From positions 160,001-224,000 of the forward strand of contig JBGPQV010000001.1 in NCBI GenBank assembly GCA_041489255.1: a stretch of 64,000 bases of DNA. The letters are read 5' to 3'. This DNA comes from Thermoplasmata archaeon. GTDB lineage: Archaea > Thermoplasmatota > Thermoplasmata > RBG-16-68-12 > JAFNFQ01. Below, one piece after another: positions 21,218 through 31,458 of this stretch (its first letter is position 1; each line of letters starts with the position of its first letter). The translations under genes were made by a program, and so were the position numbers. The notes under the pieces were generated by a model. That model was not told the DNA's origin. It saw only the letters and a list, made by a program, of their open reading frames with translations, and did no database searches.

Positions 21218-24200
21218 CTATTCTTTCCTTGGCTTCCTGCCCAGCCTGCCCGCGTCGTCGCTCCTGCGAACCCTTTGCAGGAAGCGTGGAGCCCACCAGT
21301 TGTACTTCCCCGCCAAAACCATGATCGCCGGGACCAGGTAGATCCGCACGACCATCGAATCTATGAGCACGACGACGCCGAGAGCGAAACCCATCTCCTG
21401 CAGCAGGGGCAAGTGAGAGAGCATGAGGCTGAAGAATGCACCCGCCATGATGATGCCGCAGGCGCTGACTATCCCGCCGGTCCTCGATATGGAGGTCAGT
21501 ATGGCCTGCTTGTCCGTCTTGCCCTTGCTGACTTCCTCCCGAACTCTCGTGATTATGAAGATGTCATAGTCCATGCCGAGGCCCATGGCCAGCACGAAGA
21601 TGATCAGAGGCAGGACGAATACCATGTCCAAGCCCTTCCAGAGTTTGAAGACGATGATCGTGATGGCAAGGGTCCATGTGATGCTCAGCAGGATGGTGAG
21701 TATCGCCCTCAGCGGGATCAGAAGGGATCCGAGGACTATCATTAATATGATGAATAGGCCGATCCCCACGACGATTGCCATAACCTGGAGGTCCTGGTTG
21801 GTGCTGACGGCGACATCGCGGATTATGGCGGTGGCGCCTCCGATGTAGATCTGGCTCGACGCCAGGATCGGGTCGCTCCCCCGTATTCGTGCCACATCGC
21901 TTGCCACCTTGTCAATCGCGCCGACGGCATCCTCCGAGAATACCGTCGCGCTCAGCATGACGTATATCCTGGCCGTTCGATTGTCAAGGCCGACGTAGGG
22001 TCTGACGGACGTGATCAGTTGCTGCTTCTCCGCCGTAGAGAGCAACGCCCAATTCTTGTACGGGAGGATGGCTCCCTCAGGATTCACTGGTCCCTGAGTC
22101 GACTTCACTCCGAAGTTGTCATTCTGTACGCCCACCGTCAAGTTCTCCAAGGCGTACATCTTGGGAATCGACAGGTCGCCGCTTGCTGTGATTATCTCGT
22201 CGGGGAACCTGATCACGATGTAGCTTTTGTAGAAGTAACTCGCGCCGAAGGCGTTCGACATCGCGTCGAGTCCCTCGGAGCTCTCTGTTGCCGGAACCCC
22301 CGCCATGAAGTCGTATGAAGGCGGCTGCGTGACGACGAGGAATGTCGCCGGTATGGAGATGAGGATGGCGAAGAGGACGATGACCTCCGCGTTCCTCATG
22401 GAGAATCTCGCAGAGGCGGCGAAATACTTCCTGGAGAGGCTCTTGACTTTCTTGTTGCCTTTCTTGAATTGTCTCATCTTTCGGTTGTGCGGCCAGAAGA
22501 CCTTGTTGCCCACGAGCAGCACGAGCGAAGGTATCAGAGTTATGGAGAGGATAATCGCCACGGTGATGGCGAACCCCATCGAAATCCCCATGGTCTTCAC
22601 GACCGGGAAGCTGGCGAGGCCCAGGGCTGCGAAGCTGAGCAGAACCGCCCCGCCGCTGGTCGCGATGCTCTCTCCCGCCCACGTAACTGACTGCCTCACC
22701 GCCTCCTCGCGGCTCTTCCCGTCGAGCCTCTCGTCCCTGTACCTGGAGATCAGGAATATGGAGTAGTCCGTCCCCGCCGCCAGCAATATCGTCTGCAGGA
22801 CTGCGGGCGTGGTGAAGTCAATCGTGAAGAAGTGGGTGCCCAACATGTAGATGAACAGATTGCTGATGAAAATCGCGATGCCTATCGTGGCCACCGGAAC
22901 CGTCCAGGCGACTATCGACCGGAAGTAGAGGCCTATGAGGAGGATGACGAGCACGAGGGTCACGATGAACTCCGCTCCTCCCGAGAAGACGAGGCCTTGG
23001 TCGACTGAAGAGGCGGCTGAGCCAGTGACGTAGACACTGAATGTGACGCCAGTCTTTTCCTTGATCTCGCGGATCAGATCTCTGACGACCGCAACATTGC
23101 GTTCGATTGGGAGGGCGCCGTCATCCTCCTCGAAGTCGTCCGGTTCGCTGAAGCTGTAGCTCATCAGCATTATGGTGCGGTCAGGGCTGAAGAAGAAGGG
23201 GGATGGATCATACGGCAGGTGCAGGAGGCTCTCCAACTGGGCGAGGCTGTGCGCCCTGGTGAATGTCCTCGCGAATCCGAGAGTCTCATTGAAGGTGGCG
23301 TCGGCGGGCAGCGAGGTGTATACCTCCTGGAAGAAGGCCGCGCTGGCCGTCGGGATAAACGACGCGAAGGCAGTGAAAGTGTAGTTCTCGATGAGAGGCA
23401 TCTGGGCGAAGTTGCCGAGGCGGAACACGCTGACGAATCCGACCTGCAACGCCTTGACCTCTGGCGGTAAGGGCGCCTGATCGAGGAAGGCCGGCAATGC
23501 ATCGCGTATTACCCCGTCACCGCGCTGCTCAGGAGTCGCCCCGGTGTAGATCGGCTGGAAGAATGAAGCGCTCCAGTTGTCCGCGAAGGCTTGGAAGTAA
23601 TCTGAAGCGAGAGTCTGCTGCGAGGGTGGCACCGATGCCTGGATGTACCCCGTCGTGAGGCTGTGCGCCATGGAGTTGTTTGCCACCGTCCCGCCAAGCG
23701 CGGTCCATGTTGACACATAGTAGAACGGGATTCCATAATAGAGCCCGAGAAGACCCTGCACGTAGGTGACGTTTTCATGCAACGGCCAAGCGAGATTCTG
23801 ACCCAGGGAGAAGGCCATCGAGCGATAGATGCTGTAGATCGTCGACTGGCTCGGGTCGAGCATGTACCTGACAGGCTCGTCCAACGTTATCTGCTGGCCA
23901 CCCGTGAGGTTGTAGTTTAGCCTCTGGCCGGGGCTTATGTATTGCGATGCGGCGATGGCGTCATCGAGGTCGGAAGCGAAGATTCGGACATCGTCGCTTG
24001 TCGCATCAGGGGCGACTATGACCACGGCCAATGTGCTCTTGGCGGTGCCGGTGGGGAACTGCTCCGCGACAATCCTATCCGCTTCTGCGGATTCCGTATC
24101 CTTCGGGAGGAAACCTTGCACGGAGTAAGAGGTTATGTCATCGAGCTTCCAGAATTGATTGGCGACGATTGCCGCGGCGAACATGATGACCCAGAAAATC

Positions 24201-24253
24201 ACGATCGCCTTGTGATGTTTGACCACGAAATCGGCGATGCGCGCAAAAATCAT
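21218..24253 (-). CDS. MMPL/RND family transporter
   Basis: Two TM modules with AAGTDYSIFLISRYRDE and GLGMDYDIFIITRVREE, plus large external loops. Confidence 0.92.
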   Translation of the reverse strand: MIFARIADFVVKHHKAIVIFWVIMFAAAIVANQFWKLDDITSYSVQGFLPKDTESAEADRIVAEQFPTGTAKSTLAVVIVAPDATSDDVRIFASDLDDAIAASQYISPGQRLNYNLTGGQQITLDEPVRYMLDPSQSTIYSIYRSMAFSLGQNLAWPLHENVTYVQGLLGLYYGIPFYYVSTWTALGGTVANNSMAHSLTTGYIQASVPPSQQTLASDYFQAFADNWSASFFQPIYTGATPEQRGDGVIRDALPAFLDQAPLPPEVKALQVGFVSVFRLGNFAQMPLIENYTFTAFASFIPTASAAFFQEVYTSLPADATFNETLGFARTFTRAHSLAQLESLLHLPYDPSPFFFSPDRTIMLMSYSFSEPDDFEEDDGALPIERNVAVVRDLIREIKEKTGVTFSVYVTGSAASSVDQGLVFSGGAEFIVTLVLVILLIGLYFRSIVAWTVPVATIGIAIFISNLFIYMLGTHFFTIDFTTPAVLQTILLAAGTDYSIFLISRYRDERLDGKSREEAVRQSVTWAGESIATSGGAVLLSFAALGLASFPVVKTMGISMGFAITVAIILSITLIPSLVLLVGNKVFWPHNRKMRQFKKGNKKVKSLSRKYFAASARFSMRNAEVIVLFAILISIPATFLVVTQPPSYDFMAGVPATESSEGLDAMSNAFGASYFYKSYIVIRFPDEIITASGDLSIPKMYALENLTVGVQNDNFGVKSTQGPVNPEGAILPYKNWALLSTAEKQQLITSVRPYVGLDNRTARIYVMLSATVFSEDAVGAIDKVASDVARIRGSDPILASSQIYIGGATAIIRDVAVSTNQDLQVMAIVVGIGLFIILMIVLGSLLIPLRAILTILLSITWTLAITIIVFKLWKGLDMVFVLPLIIFVLAMGLGMDYDIFIITRVREEVSKGKTDKQAILTSISRTGGIVSACGIIMAGAFFSLMLSHLPLLQEMGFALGVVVLIDSMVVRIYLVPAIMVLAGKYNWWAPRFLQRVRRSDDAGRLGRKPRKE

Positions 24254-24432
24254 CGTCTAGGCTCCTGTTCGTGCGTTTCGTCTCGACCGAAGCGGGAGTG
24301 ATGTATAGACCTTCCGTTTAGACCTCTTTTGCCTTCCCGGGCGGGCTTTTTGACTATGCCAGTCGGTCGCGTACGTAGGCAAGGCTTATTAAGCCACCAG
24401 GGAATAAACTCTCATTCGTTAGGGGACTAAGG

Positions 24433-27400
24433 ATGGCCAACTGGCGAACAGCTTCAGCGCTAGTCATGACGTTGACTTTGACCGCGTGCTTCTTCTCGAC
24501 GCTGACCGTGACCGCTCAGAGGGCGATTGCAGTCGTCATCCCGGGTGAAGCCATCTACGTGGACGGAAGCGGATATTCCTATACTTCCCACATGATGACC
24601 TCGCAAGAGATGCTGGAGATGCAGAAGGTCGTCGGTGTCAGGGAACCTGGAAGGAACTACAACATCATCTTCGACGGGCACGGCACGGGCCTGGCACCGC
24701 CGACGGAGGAGGAATGGGCCCGGATGGTCGGGCAATTCGTCATCGTTGACTCCGTCGCACCGAAAGGATTGCTCGCGGCATCGGTCGATCTCTCGGCCAA
24801 CCCGACGTTCCCGAAGGTTGGCGACCAGCAGTGGCAGGGATCCTGCGCAGCGTGGGCCGCGACGTATTATGGCTATGGCTACATCGAGGCGACTGACAAC
24901 GGTTGGACCGATGCGAAGATTGGAGCCTCGGACCACCTGATGTCGGCGGCGTGGACCTACAACAAGGTCAACGGCGGCGGCGATGGCGGTTCATGGATGT
25001 CAACGAATATGGACATAATCCGCGACTGGGGCGGGGCGACATTGGCGACGATGCCCTACAACCCGAGCGACCCAATCAGCTGGGGTTCCATGGCGGCATT
25101 CAGGGAGGCGCCGCTCCACAGGGCCAGCGAAGTGAGGGGCATTGGTTATCTCGGCCAGACGACGGTCGATACCGTCAAGACGCTCATCTCCTCTGGCACG
25201 CCTATCACGTTCGCATTCGACGCGAGTCAGTACGATCCAGCTTTCGCGGATGGCAACTGGATCATGTCCTCCAAAGAATACAGTTCCTTGGGGCTGAACC
25301 ACGCGCAGACGATCGTTGGTTATGATGACTCCATACAGGACGATGGCGAGAAGGGCGCATTCAGAGTCGTGAACTCTTGGGGCACGTACTTCGACGGCGG
25401 CTTCTACTGGCTGACGTACGACGCATTCAAGGAGATGGGCTCGATAGGCGTGCTCAACCTGACTTACATCGTTGACATAACGGATTACGTCCCAAGTCTC
25501 CTTGCCGTCTGGCACTTCAACACTGCACCGACCAGGTCTGCTGACCCCCAGGTCGGCATCGGTTCGTTCGCCTCGCCGCGAGACTCGAGGATCCCCGTTT
25601 TCGCGCACGAGAACGGCCACAGGTTCCCGACGTTCATGGCGCTCGACATGACCGATTTCAGGGCCGACTACGATGCCGGCTACATCGACTTTTTCCTCAG
25701 CGTCGGGATTTCTGCCTCGGCCGGCGTGATATCGGACTTCAAAGTGGAATCCTACGACGGCGGGTACACGCCGGGGCGGCCGACTCAGGTTTCAGGACAA
25801 TCTCCGGAAGTGCCGAGGACGACGCCGAATATTGTGACAAACCAGCTGCGGCATTATGCCGGCATTCCAACGGACGTAGCGCTCGACATGAAGGGGCTGG
25901 TTTTCAGCTCCAACACGTTGGTCACATGGACGGCGGTGGACCACCACTCCTACCGTGGGGGCTCGTCCATGCAGAGCGGCGACGTGGGGGACCTAGAGAC
26001 CTCGGACATGCAGACGTCTGTGATTGGCCCGGTGCAAATATGGTTCGACTGGAAGGTCTCCTCGGAGACCGGCTCAGATTTCTTGTCATTCAGCATCGAT
26101 GCAATGAAGTACGCCGGTATCAGCGGGGATCTGGATTGGCGCCCGATGCACTATTCCATACCGACGGGCCCGCACACGCTCAGGTGGGAGTACGCCAAGA
26201 GCGATGGCACGAGCGAGCGTGGTGACTGCGGGTGGGTCGACAATATCATAATCGACACTGCCCCGCCGGTCACGATGGCCCTCCTGAGCGGGACAATGGG
26301 CCTCGTTGGATGGTACGTGAGTGCGGCGACGATTACCCTGAACTCGGCCGACGAAAACGGCAGCGGCGTGGATTACACCCGGTTCCGCGTTGACGGTGGT
26401 GCGTGGTCGACCTACAACTCTCCCTTCGCGGTTTCGGGGAATGGCCCGCACTTCATTGACTATTACTCGGTCGACCTGGTCGGGAACACGGAAGTCGAAA
26501 AGCGCACCGACGTGAAGATAGACACGGCGGGTCCGGGGACCACGGCGGACCTGAGCGGCACGATGGGTGCGGGCGGGTGGTACGTGACGCCGGTCTCGGT
26601 TTCCCTCGTTGCGACGGATATGGATAGCGGCGTCAGCTGGACGAGGTACAGGATCGATGGCGGCGGTTGGCAGTATGGCAACCTCTGTCTGTTCGACTTG
26701 GACGGGGTGCACCTTATCGAGTTCGAGTCCCAAGACATTGCGGGGAACATGGGGGCTCCTGACTCGGTTGAAATCAAGGTCGACCAGGAGACGCCCGCGA
26801 CAGTCATTTCGGTCACAGGAACGCTTGGCGCCAACGGTTGGTACACGTCTGATGTCGGTTTGTCACTCTCGGCAATCGATGACACCAGCGGGATTGGCTG
26901 GACGGCATATAGGCTTGATTCGGGCGCTTGGCAGCTCTACACAGGTTTCTTCATGATCCTCGCTGACGGCGCGCACACGATTGAGTTCTACTCAGAGGAT
27001 GTGTCGGGGAACAGGGAAATCGTGGCGAACACAGGAATCAGCATAGATCACGATGCACCGACGCTTCAAATCATGCAGACGGACGGCACAGTGTTCAACA
27101 CCGCCTCATTGACCATCACTTGGAGCGCTCTCGACCTCGTGAGCGGGCTCGACCGCATAGAGACAAGCCTCGACGGGGCTCCGTTCGCTGTGCAGCCATC
27201 GGGCGCGATGTCGCAACAGCTCTCCGGACTGTCCGAGGGTCTGCACATCATCACGATCAGGGCGGTTGATGCAGCGGGACTCTCCACGGAGAAATCAATC
27301 GGGTTCATCGTCGATAGTCTGGCGCCAATAACGGACAATGCGGTTGCGGGGACAAACGGACAGAACAGCTGGTTCGTCTCTCCCGCCGTGGTGACCCTGT

Positions 27401-28329
27401 CTGCGATCGATGCGACGACTGGAGTGAAGAACACCCACTACCGCATCAATGGCGGTCTGTGGCAATTATACACGGCGGGAATAAATGTCGCCGCCGACAG
27501 GACGAATATCATCGAGTATTACTCGACCGACAATGCAGGTAACACCGAAAGCATCGACAGGATAAATGTGGGGCTCGACACCGTCGACCCGGCGAGCACG
27601 ATCAGCCTGGACTCGATGATGGGGCAAAACGATTGGCACATCAGTGCGGCGACGTACACGATAACCGCCGCGGATGCGACGAGCGGTCTAAGTCGGACCA
27701 TGTATAGGATCGACGGCGGTTCATGGACCAACTACGTGGGCCCGTTTGCGATAACAGCCGACGGAACGCACTTCATCGATTACTATTCGCAGGACGTTGC
27801 TGGACACATCGAGACCACACAAAGCACGTTCATCAAGATGGACTGCGCGGCACCGATAATCGAGATCGATTCCCCGATGGGCGATGTCGATGTTTCCAAC
27901 GTGAACATCGTGTGGCGGGGGCACGACTACGTGTCGGGCCTCGATCGCGTCGAGTTGAGCGTGGATGGCGGTGCCTTCGAGAACCAAGGGACCGCTACGA
28001 GTGCGGAACGCAGTCTTGTCAACGGCAACCACACGATTATCCTGAGAGCTTTCGACAAGGCAGGGAACATGGCGGAGAAGCAGATGGGCTTCGGCGTCCG
28101 CAGTCTTGCGAGCGCCAATCCAGACTCCACGCAGAATGTCCCGCCATGGACCGTCTACGCCCTCCTTGCGGGGATAATCGCCTCGTTGTCCATGCTCGTC
28201 ATCGTCGCCTTGGCACGAAGGAGGAGGCAGCCGGAGCAGAAGACGACTCAGCCACGCAGACTCCCACCACCGCCTCCTGCGGAGCCGACACAATCGCACA
28301 TAGGGCTCCCACCGCCGCCGACAGACTGA
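24433..28329 (+). CDS. Membrane-anchored papain-family (C1A) cysteine protease with jelly-roll and Ig-like repeats
   Basis: Signal peptide; DQQWQGSCAAWA (Cys), NHAQTIVGYDD (His), VNSWG (Asn); D..PP.T...G..GWY repeats; C-terminal TM, RRRR and Pro-rich tail. Confidence 0.92.
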   Translation: MANWRTASALVMTLTLTACFFSTLTVTAQRAIAVVIPGEAIYVDGSGYSYTSHMMTSQEMLEMQKVVGVREPGRNYNIIFDGHGTGLAPPTEEEWARMVGQFVIVDSVAPKGLLAASVDLSANPTFPKVGDQQWQGSCAAWAATYYGYGYIEATDNGWTDAKIGASDHLMSAAWTYNKVNGGGDGGSWMSTNMDIIRDWGGATLATMPYNPSDPISWGSMAAFREAPLHRASEVRGIGYLGQTTVDTVKTLISSGTPITFAFDASQYDPAFADGNWIMSSKEYSSLGLNHAQTIVGYDDSIQDDGEKGAFRVVNSWGTYFDGGFYWLTYDAFKEMGSIGVLNLTYIVDITDYVPSLLAVWHFNTAPTRSADPQVGIGSFASPRDSRIPVFAHENGHRFPTFMALDMTDFRADYDAGYIDFFLSVGISASAGVISDFKVESYDGGYTPGRPTQVSGQSPEVPRTTPNIVTNQLRHYAGIPTDVALDMKGLVFSSNTLVTWTAVDHHSYRGGSSMQSGDVGDLETSDMQTSVIGPVQIWFDWKVSSETGSDFLSFSIDAMKYAGISGDLDWRPMHYSIPTGPHTLRWEYAKSDGTSERGDCGWVDNIIIDTAPPVTMALLSGTMGLVGWYVSAATITLNSADENGSGVDYTRFRVDGGAWSTYNSPFAVSGNGPHFIDYYSVDLVGNTEVEKRTDVKIDTAGPGTTADLSGTMGAGGWYVTPVSVSLVATDMDSGVSWTRYRIDGGGWQYGNLCLFDLDGVHLIEFESQDIAGNMGAPDSVEIKVDQETPATVISVTGTLGANGWYTSDVGLSLSAIDDTSGIGWTAYRLDSGAWQLYTGFFMILADGAHTIEFYSEDVSGNREIVANTGISIDHDAPTLQIMQTDGTVFNTASLTITWSALDLVSGLDRIETSLDGAPFAVQPSGAMSQQLSGLSEGLHIITIRAVDAAGLSTEKSIGFIVDSLAPITDNAVAGTNGQNSWFVSPAVVTLSAIDATTGVKNTHYRINGGLWQLYTAGINVAADRTNIIEYYSTDNAGNTESIDRINVGLDTVDPASTISLDSMMGQNDWHISAATYTITAADATSGLSRTMYRIDGGSWTNYVGPFAITADGTHFIDYYSQDVAGHIETTQSTFIKMDCAAPIIEIDSPMGDVDVSNVNIVWRGHDYVSGLDRVELSVDGGAFENQGTATSAERSLVNGNHTIILRAFDKAGNMAEKQMGFGVRSLASANPDSTQNVPPWTVYALLAGIIASLSMLVIVALARRRRQPEQKTTQPRRLPPPPPAEPTQSHIGLPPPPTD

Positions 28330-28483
28330 ACGGCGAGGGCTCCGCTCCCAGGATCAATGGCCATCCGGCAATCCGGATGGTTGGGCAGACATCACGCAAG
28401 AATGTTGAGGCTGCTACGTACTGGACCAGACAGGACCAATCATCGTTCGGCGCCCGATTTGACGATCGGAGTCTGCCGCAACC

Positions 28484-29413
28484 CTATGAGGGGCGAGAGC
28501 CGAGAATCACGCTGACCTTGCCCTGCCGCACCGCATCGAGCTCGACCTTGTCGCCCACTTTCCTCGCGCGAAGCCCTTCCAGGAGGTCTCCCAGCCCCGC
28601 CAGAGGTTTCCCGTCCATGGCGAGGATGTTGTCCCCGACCTGCATGCCCGCCTTGTCTGCCGGGCTTCCGGGCGCGACATCTGCGATGAACACCCCGCTC
28701 GGCGCCCACATCCCGTAGTAGTAGGCGGGGCGGCTGTTCGCATCGAAGCCAGTGATTCCAAGCCATGGCCTGATGACCTGCCAGTGCTCGATGATCTGTT
28801 TCGCGATGTCCAAGGCCACCTTGCTCGGTATCGCGAACCCGATTCCCTCTGCGTTCGTCATCACTGCGGTTGTGATTCCGAGCACCCTGCCTTCGAGGTC
28901 GATGAGCGGACCGCCACTGCTCCCGGGGTTCACCGCCGCGTCCGTCTGTATGACCTTGAGCCCCCCGCCGGGGTACATCTGCAGGCTCCTCGTGAGCGAG
29001 CTCACGATGCCCGACGTGACCGTCGGTCCGCCAGGCATGCCGAGCGGGTTGCCTATTGCCAGAATCGGCTGCCCGACCTTCACTCCGTCCTCGTCCTTGA
29101 ATTCCGCGGGCGGGATGCTCAGGCCCTCGACTTTCACCACAGCGATGTCGGTCTCCTCGTCACCGCCCACCACGGCGCCGCTGAGGACCTTCCCATCCGC
29201 AAGCGTCACGATTATCCTCTCAGCCCCGTCGACGACGTGATAGTTCGTCAGGATGTGCCCCTTGCTGTCCAGCACAACGCCCGAACCGACTCCACGCCGC
29301 CAGTACCGCGTCCAAGGCGGTCCGTGAAACGCACTCGCGCTGCTTATGCTCACTGTGCTCGCCGACGCCTTTTCAACGGCCTTCGTGTAGGCTTCTTCAA
29401 GTTGGGTCATCAT
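28484..29413 (-). CDS. HtrA-family serine protease (trypsin domain plus PDZ)
   Basis: TNYHVV, DIAVVK, DAAVNPGSSGGPL, PDZ (SPADKAGMQVGD). Confidence 0.92.
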   Translation of the reverse strand: MMTQLEEAYTKAVEKASASTVSISSASAFHGPPWTRYWRRGVGSGVVLDSKGHILTNYHVVDGAERIIVTLADGKVLSGAVVGGDEETDIAVVKVEGLSIPPAEFKDEDGVKVGQPILAIGNPLGMPGGPTVTSGIVSSLTRSLQMYPGGGLKVIQTDAAVNPGSSGGPLIDLEGRVLGITTAVMTNAEGIGFAIPSKVALDIAKQIIEHWQVIRPWLGITGFDANSRPAYYYGMWAPSGVFIADVAPGSPADKAGMQVGDNILAMDGKPLAGLGDLLEGLRARKVGDKVELDAVRQGKVSVILGSRPS

Positions 29414-29561
29414 TGTGATTGCCTCGACGATGATATGGCGGGCCGGGGCTTTGTTGACTAGATACTCGTTACCCTAGTCACACGCACGGCGGGAAACCCT
29501 GCCCTTCCGAAGAGTCGGAACCCGAGGAGTTCATAAACCTCGCCTGCCTATTTTCTATCAG

Positions 29562-30161
29562 ATGAATTCTGAGCGCGAAATGACAGATGCGGGCGTCTCG
29601 TTATCTCAGGAGATCGGCCTCCGCGAACACGACAAGGAAGTCCTCGCGTTCCTGTCGCAGAACCCCTCGTCGATGATGGGTTTCCAGGGACTCAAGAGGC
29701 GACTGGGCATCCACTCCGAGCAGCTCTCGAGGGCGCTGCGGCGGCTTTCCGCCGACGGCTTCGTCGAGCAGACCGAACTTGGCTACCGCGTCACGCAAAA
29801 GGGCCTCACGATCCTGGATTCGGAGGTCATGACGGAGGACCACGCGGGCATCACGATCTTGCAGACCTACATGCCGGGGAATATGGACGCCCGTGAGGCA
29901 GTTGCGGTTCTGAAAGGCAGCTGGATTGGTCCGCTTCGCTGGCAGGGGCTGACCGAGTCTCCTGACGGTCTTCGACTCTCATGGATCACCGAGGATGGGA
30001 ATGTGCAGCTCGACGCGACGATCCGCGGAGGGCAGCTGGCCATTTCGGCGGTCACAACGTTCCACGAGCGTGTGGACGAGGCGGTCAGATTGGGCCATCT
30101 TCTGTTCAACCGTATTTCCCGAGCCGCGTCCGGTGAGGAATTCCGCAGCGTGAGCGCCTGA
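29562..30161 (+). CDS. Winged-HTH domain protein
   Basis: FQGLKRRLGIHSEQLSRALRRL...GFVEQTELGYRVT helix-turn-helix-wing pattern. Confidence 0.75.
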   Translation: MNSEREMTDAGVSLSQEIGLREHDKEVLAFLSQNPSSMMGFQGLKRRLGIHSEQLSRALRRLSADGFVEQTELGYRVTQKGLTILDSEVMTEDHAGITILQTYMPGNMDAREAVAVLKGSWIGPLRWQGLTESPDGLRLSWITEDGNVQLDATIRGGQLAISAVTTFHERVDEAVRLGHLLFNRISRAASGEEFRSVSA

Positions 30162-30486
30162 GAATCCGTTCAATCGAGGGTGGATTGCCTACCGATCATT
30201 GGCGTCCTGTCAAATCCCGTGATCACTTTCTTGGAGAGACCGCGATGACCCCTCATGCCCAGGCTGACGCAGGGGCAGGTCGCACGGATAATCGACGCGA
30301 TGGAAGATGGGGTCAAGTCTGTGTACTCGATCGCTGAGTTCAGATCCGAAGAAGGTCCTCAGAGGAGATTGTGAGGTGTCTCGAGGAGGCAAACCGCAGG
30401 AATCGGCTGGATGGCGGAGCGCTCATAGACCGATGGAGGGACTCCGGGATGAGCGTCACGTGCCTTCACGCTCTTGCAGCACGCAG

Positions 30487-31156
30487 TCGGACGATTCGCA
30501 GGACTCCTCAGACGACCCGCACGGCATTCCGCACGGTCCATGCATACTTACAGAGACTCAAAACCTACTTCCAGACGACTGTCCGGGACCTCCAGACGAT
30601 CCTCTGGGACCTCCAGAAGGATCTCTCGCGTTCCCAGACGACCTTCTTGGACCATCAGAGGCCCGAACGGGGGTCCGGACGACCCGAACCGACCGCCAGA
30701 CGACTCTCTGATACCTCCAGAGGATCGTTCGCGACCTCCAGAGGACTGTCCGGGACCTCCAGAAGACCGTCTGGGGATTCCAGACGACCGTCTGGCGGTA
30801 GCGGAGGGGCGTAGGAGGGGGGTCAGGGCCCTCTGGCACCTCCAGAGGATTGTCTGGGACTCGCTTCGGATCGTCTGATGGTTCCTCCGGACCGTCTGGC
30901 GTTGTCGGAAGACTGTCTGGCGGTTCCAGACGACCGTCCGAGACTCCGTTCGAATCCGCTGGATAAGGGATTGGATCGGCTGAAGATGCGTTCGGGTGTT
31001 CTCACACCCCGCCAGGACCAGCTTGATATTGGATTGAGTCGGCTGGAGGTGTGTCAGAGTGGTCTCAAGGTCCGCGAGGGTCCGCTGGGATTGGACGCGG
31101 ATCGTCGAGAGGTGGAATCCAATCGGCTGATGGACGCTCTTCCGTGTCTGCTGGAA
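30487..31156. repeat. Degenerate 21-nt tandem repeat array (~32 units), core CCAGACGACCGTCTGG
   Basis: Unit starts at 30571, 30592, 30613, 30634, 30655, 30675, 30696, 30717, 30738, 30759, 30780, 30842, 30926; two 1-nt phase slips. Confidence 0.8.
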
Positions 31157-31458
31157 TCCTGCAGATAGACTGGTCCTGCCCACGGCAGGAAAGGGTCAAC
31201 AGAGGGCTTCCTCCAATGAAAATGGAAAGAGAAAAAAACCTCCCCCCTTGGCGAGGGGCTTGGGATGTGTGAGTTCGCAACCGCCAATCGGCGCTGCTTC
31301 GTCGCCTCTGGGGCAAGGACCCTGAAAAGACCAATGGAACGTGCAGCATGACTCCGTTCGCCTCCAGGAGACCAATCACAGGATTGCCCGTCGATCATCA
31401 GCTTCCATAAGTGTTAACTACTCTCCAAGTCGTCCCGCATCGGGGAATAAGCTTGGGC

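Noticed and set aside
30487-31156. CRISPR array
   Set aside because: Units are contiguous and degenerate, with no unique spacers and no cas genes in the window.
31054-31398. Short minus-strand ORFs next to the repeat array
   Set aside because: No recognisable motifs or translation signals.
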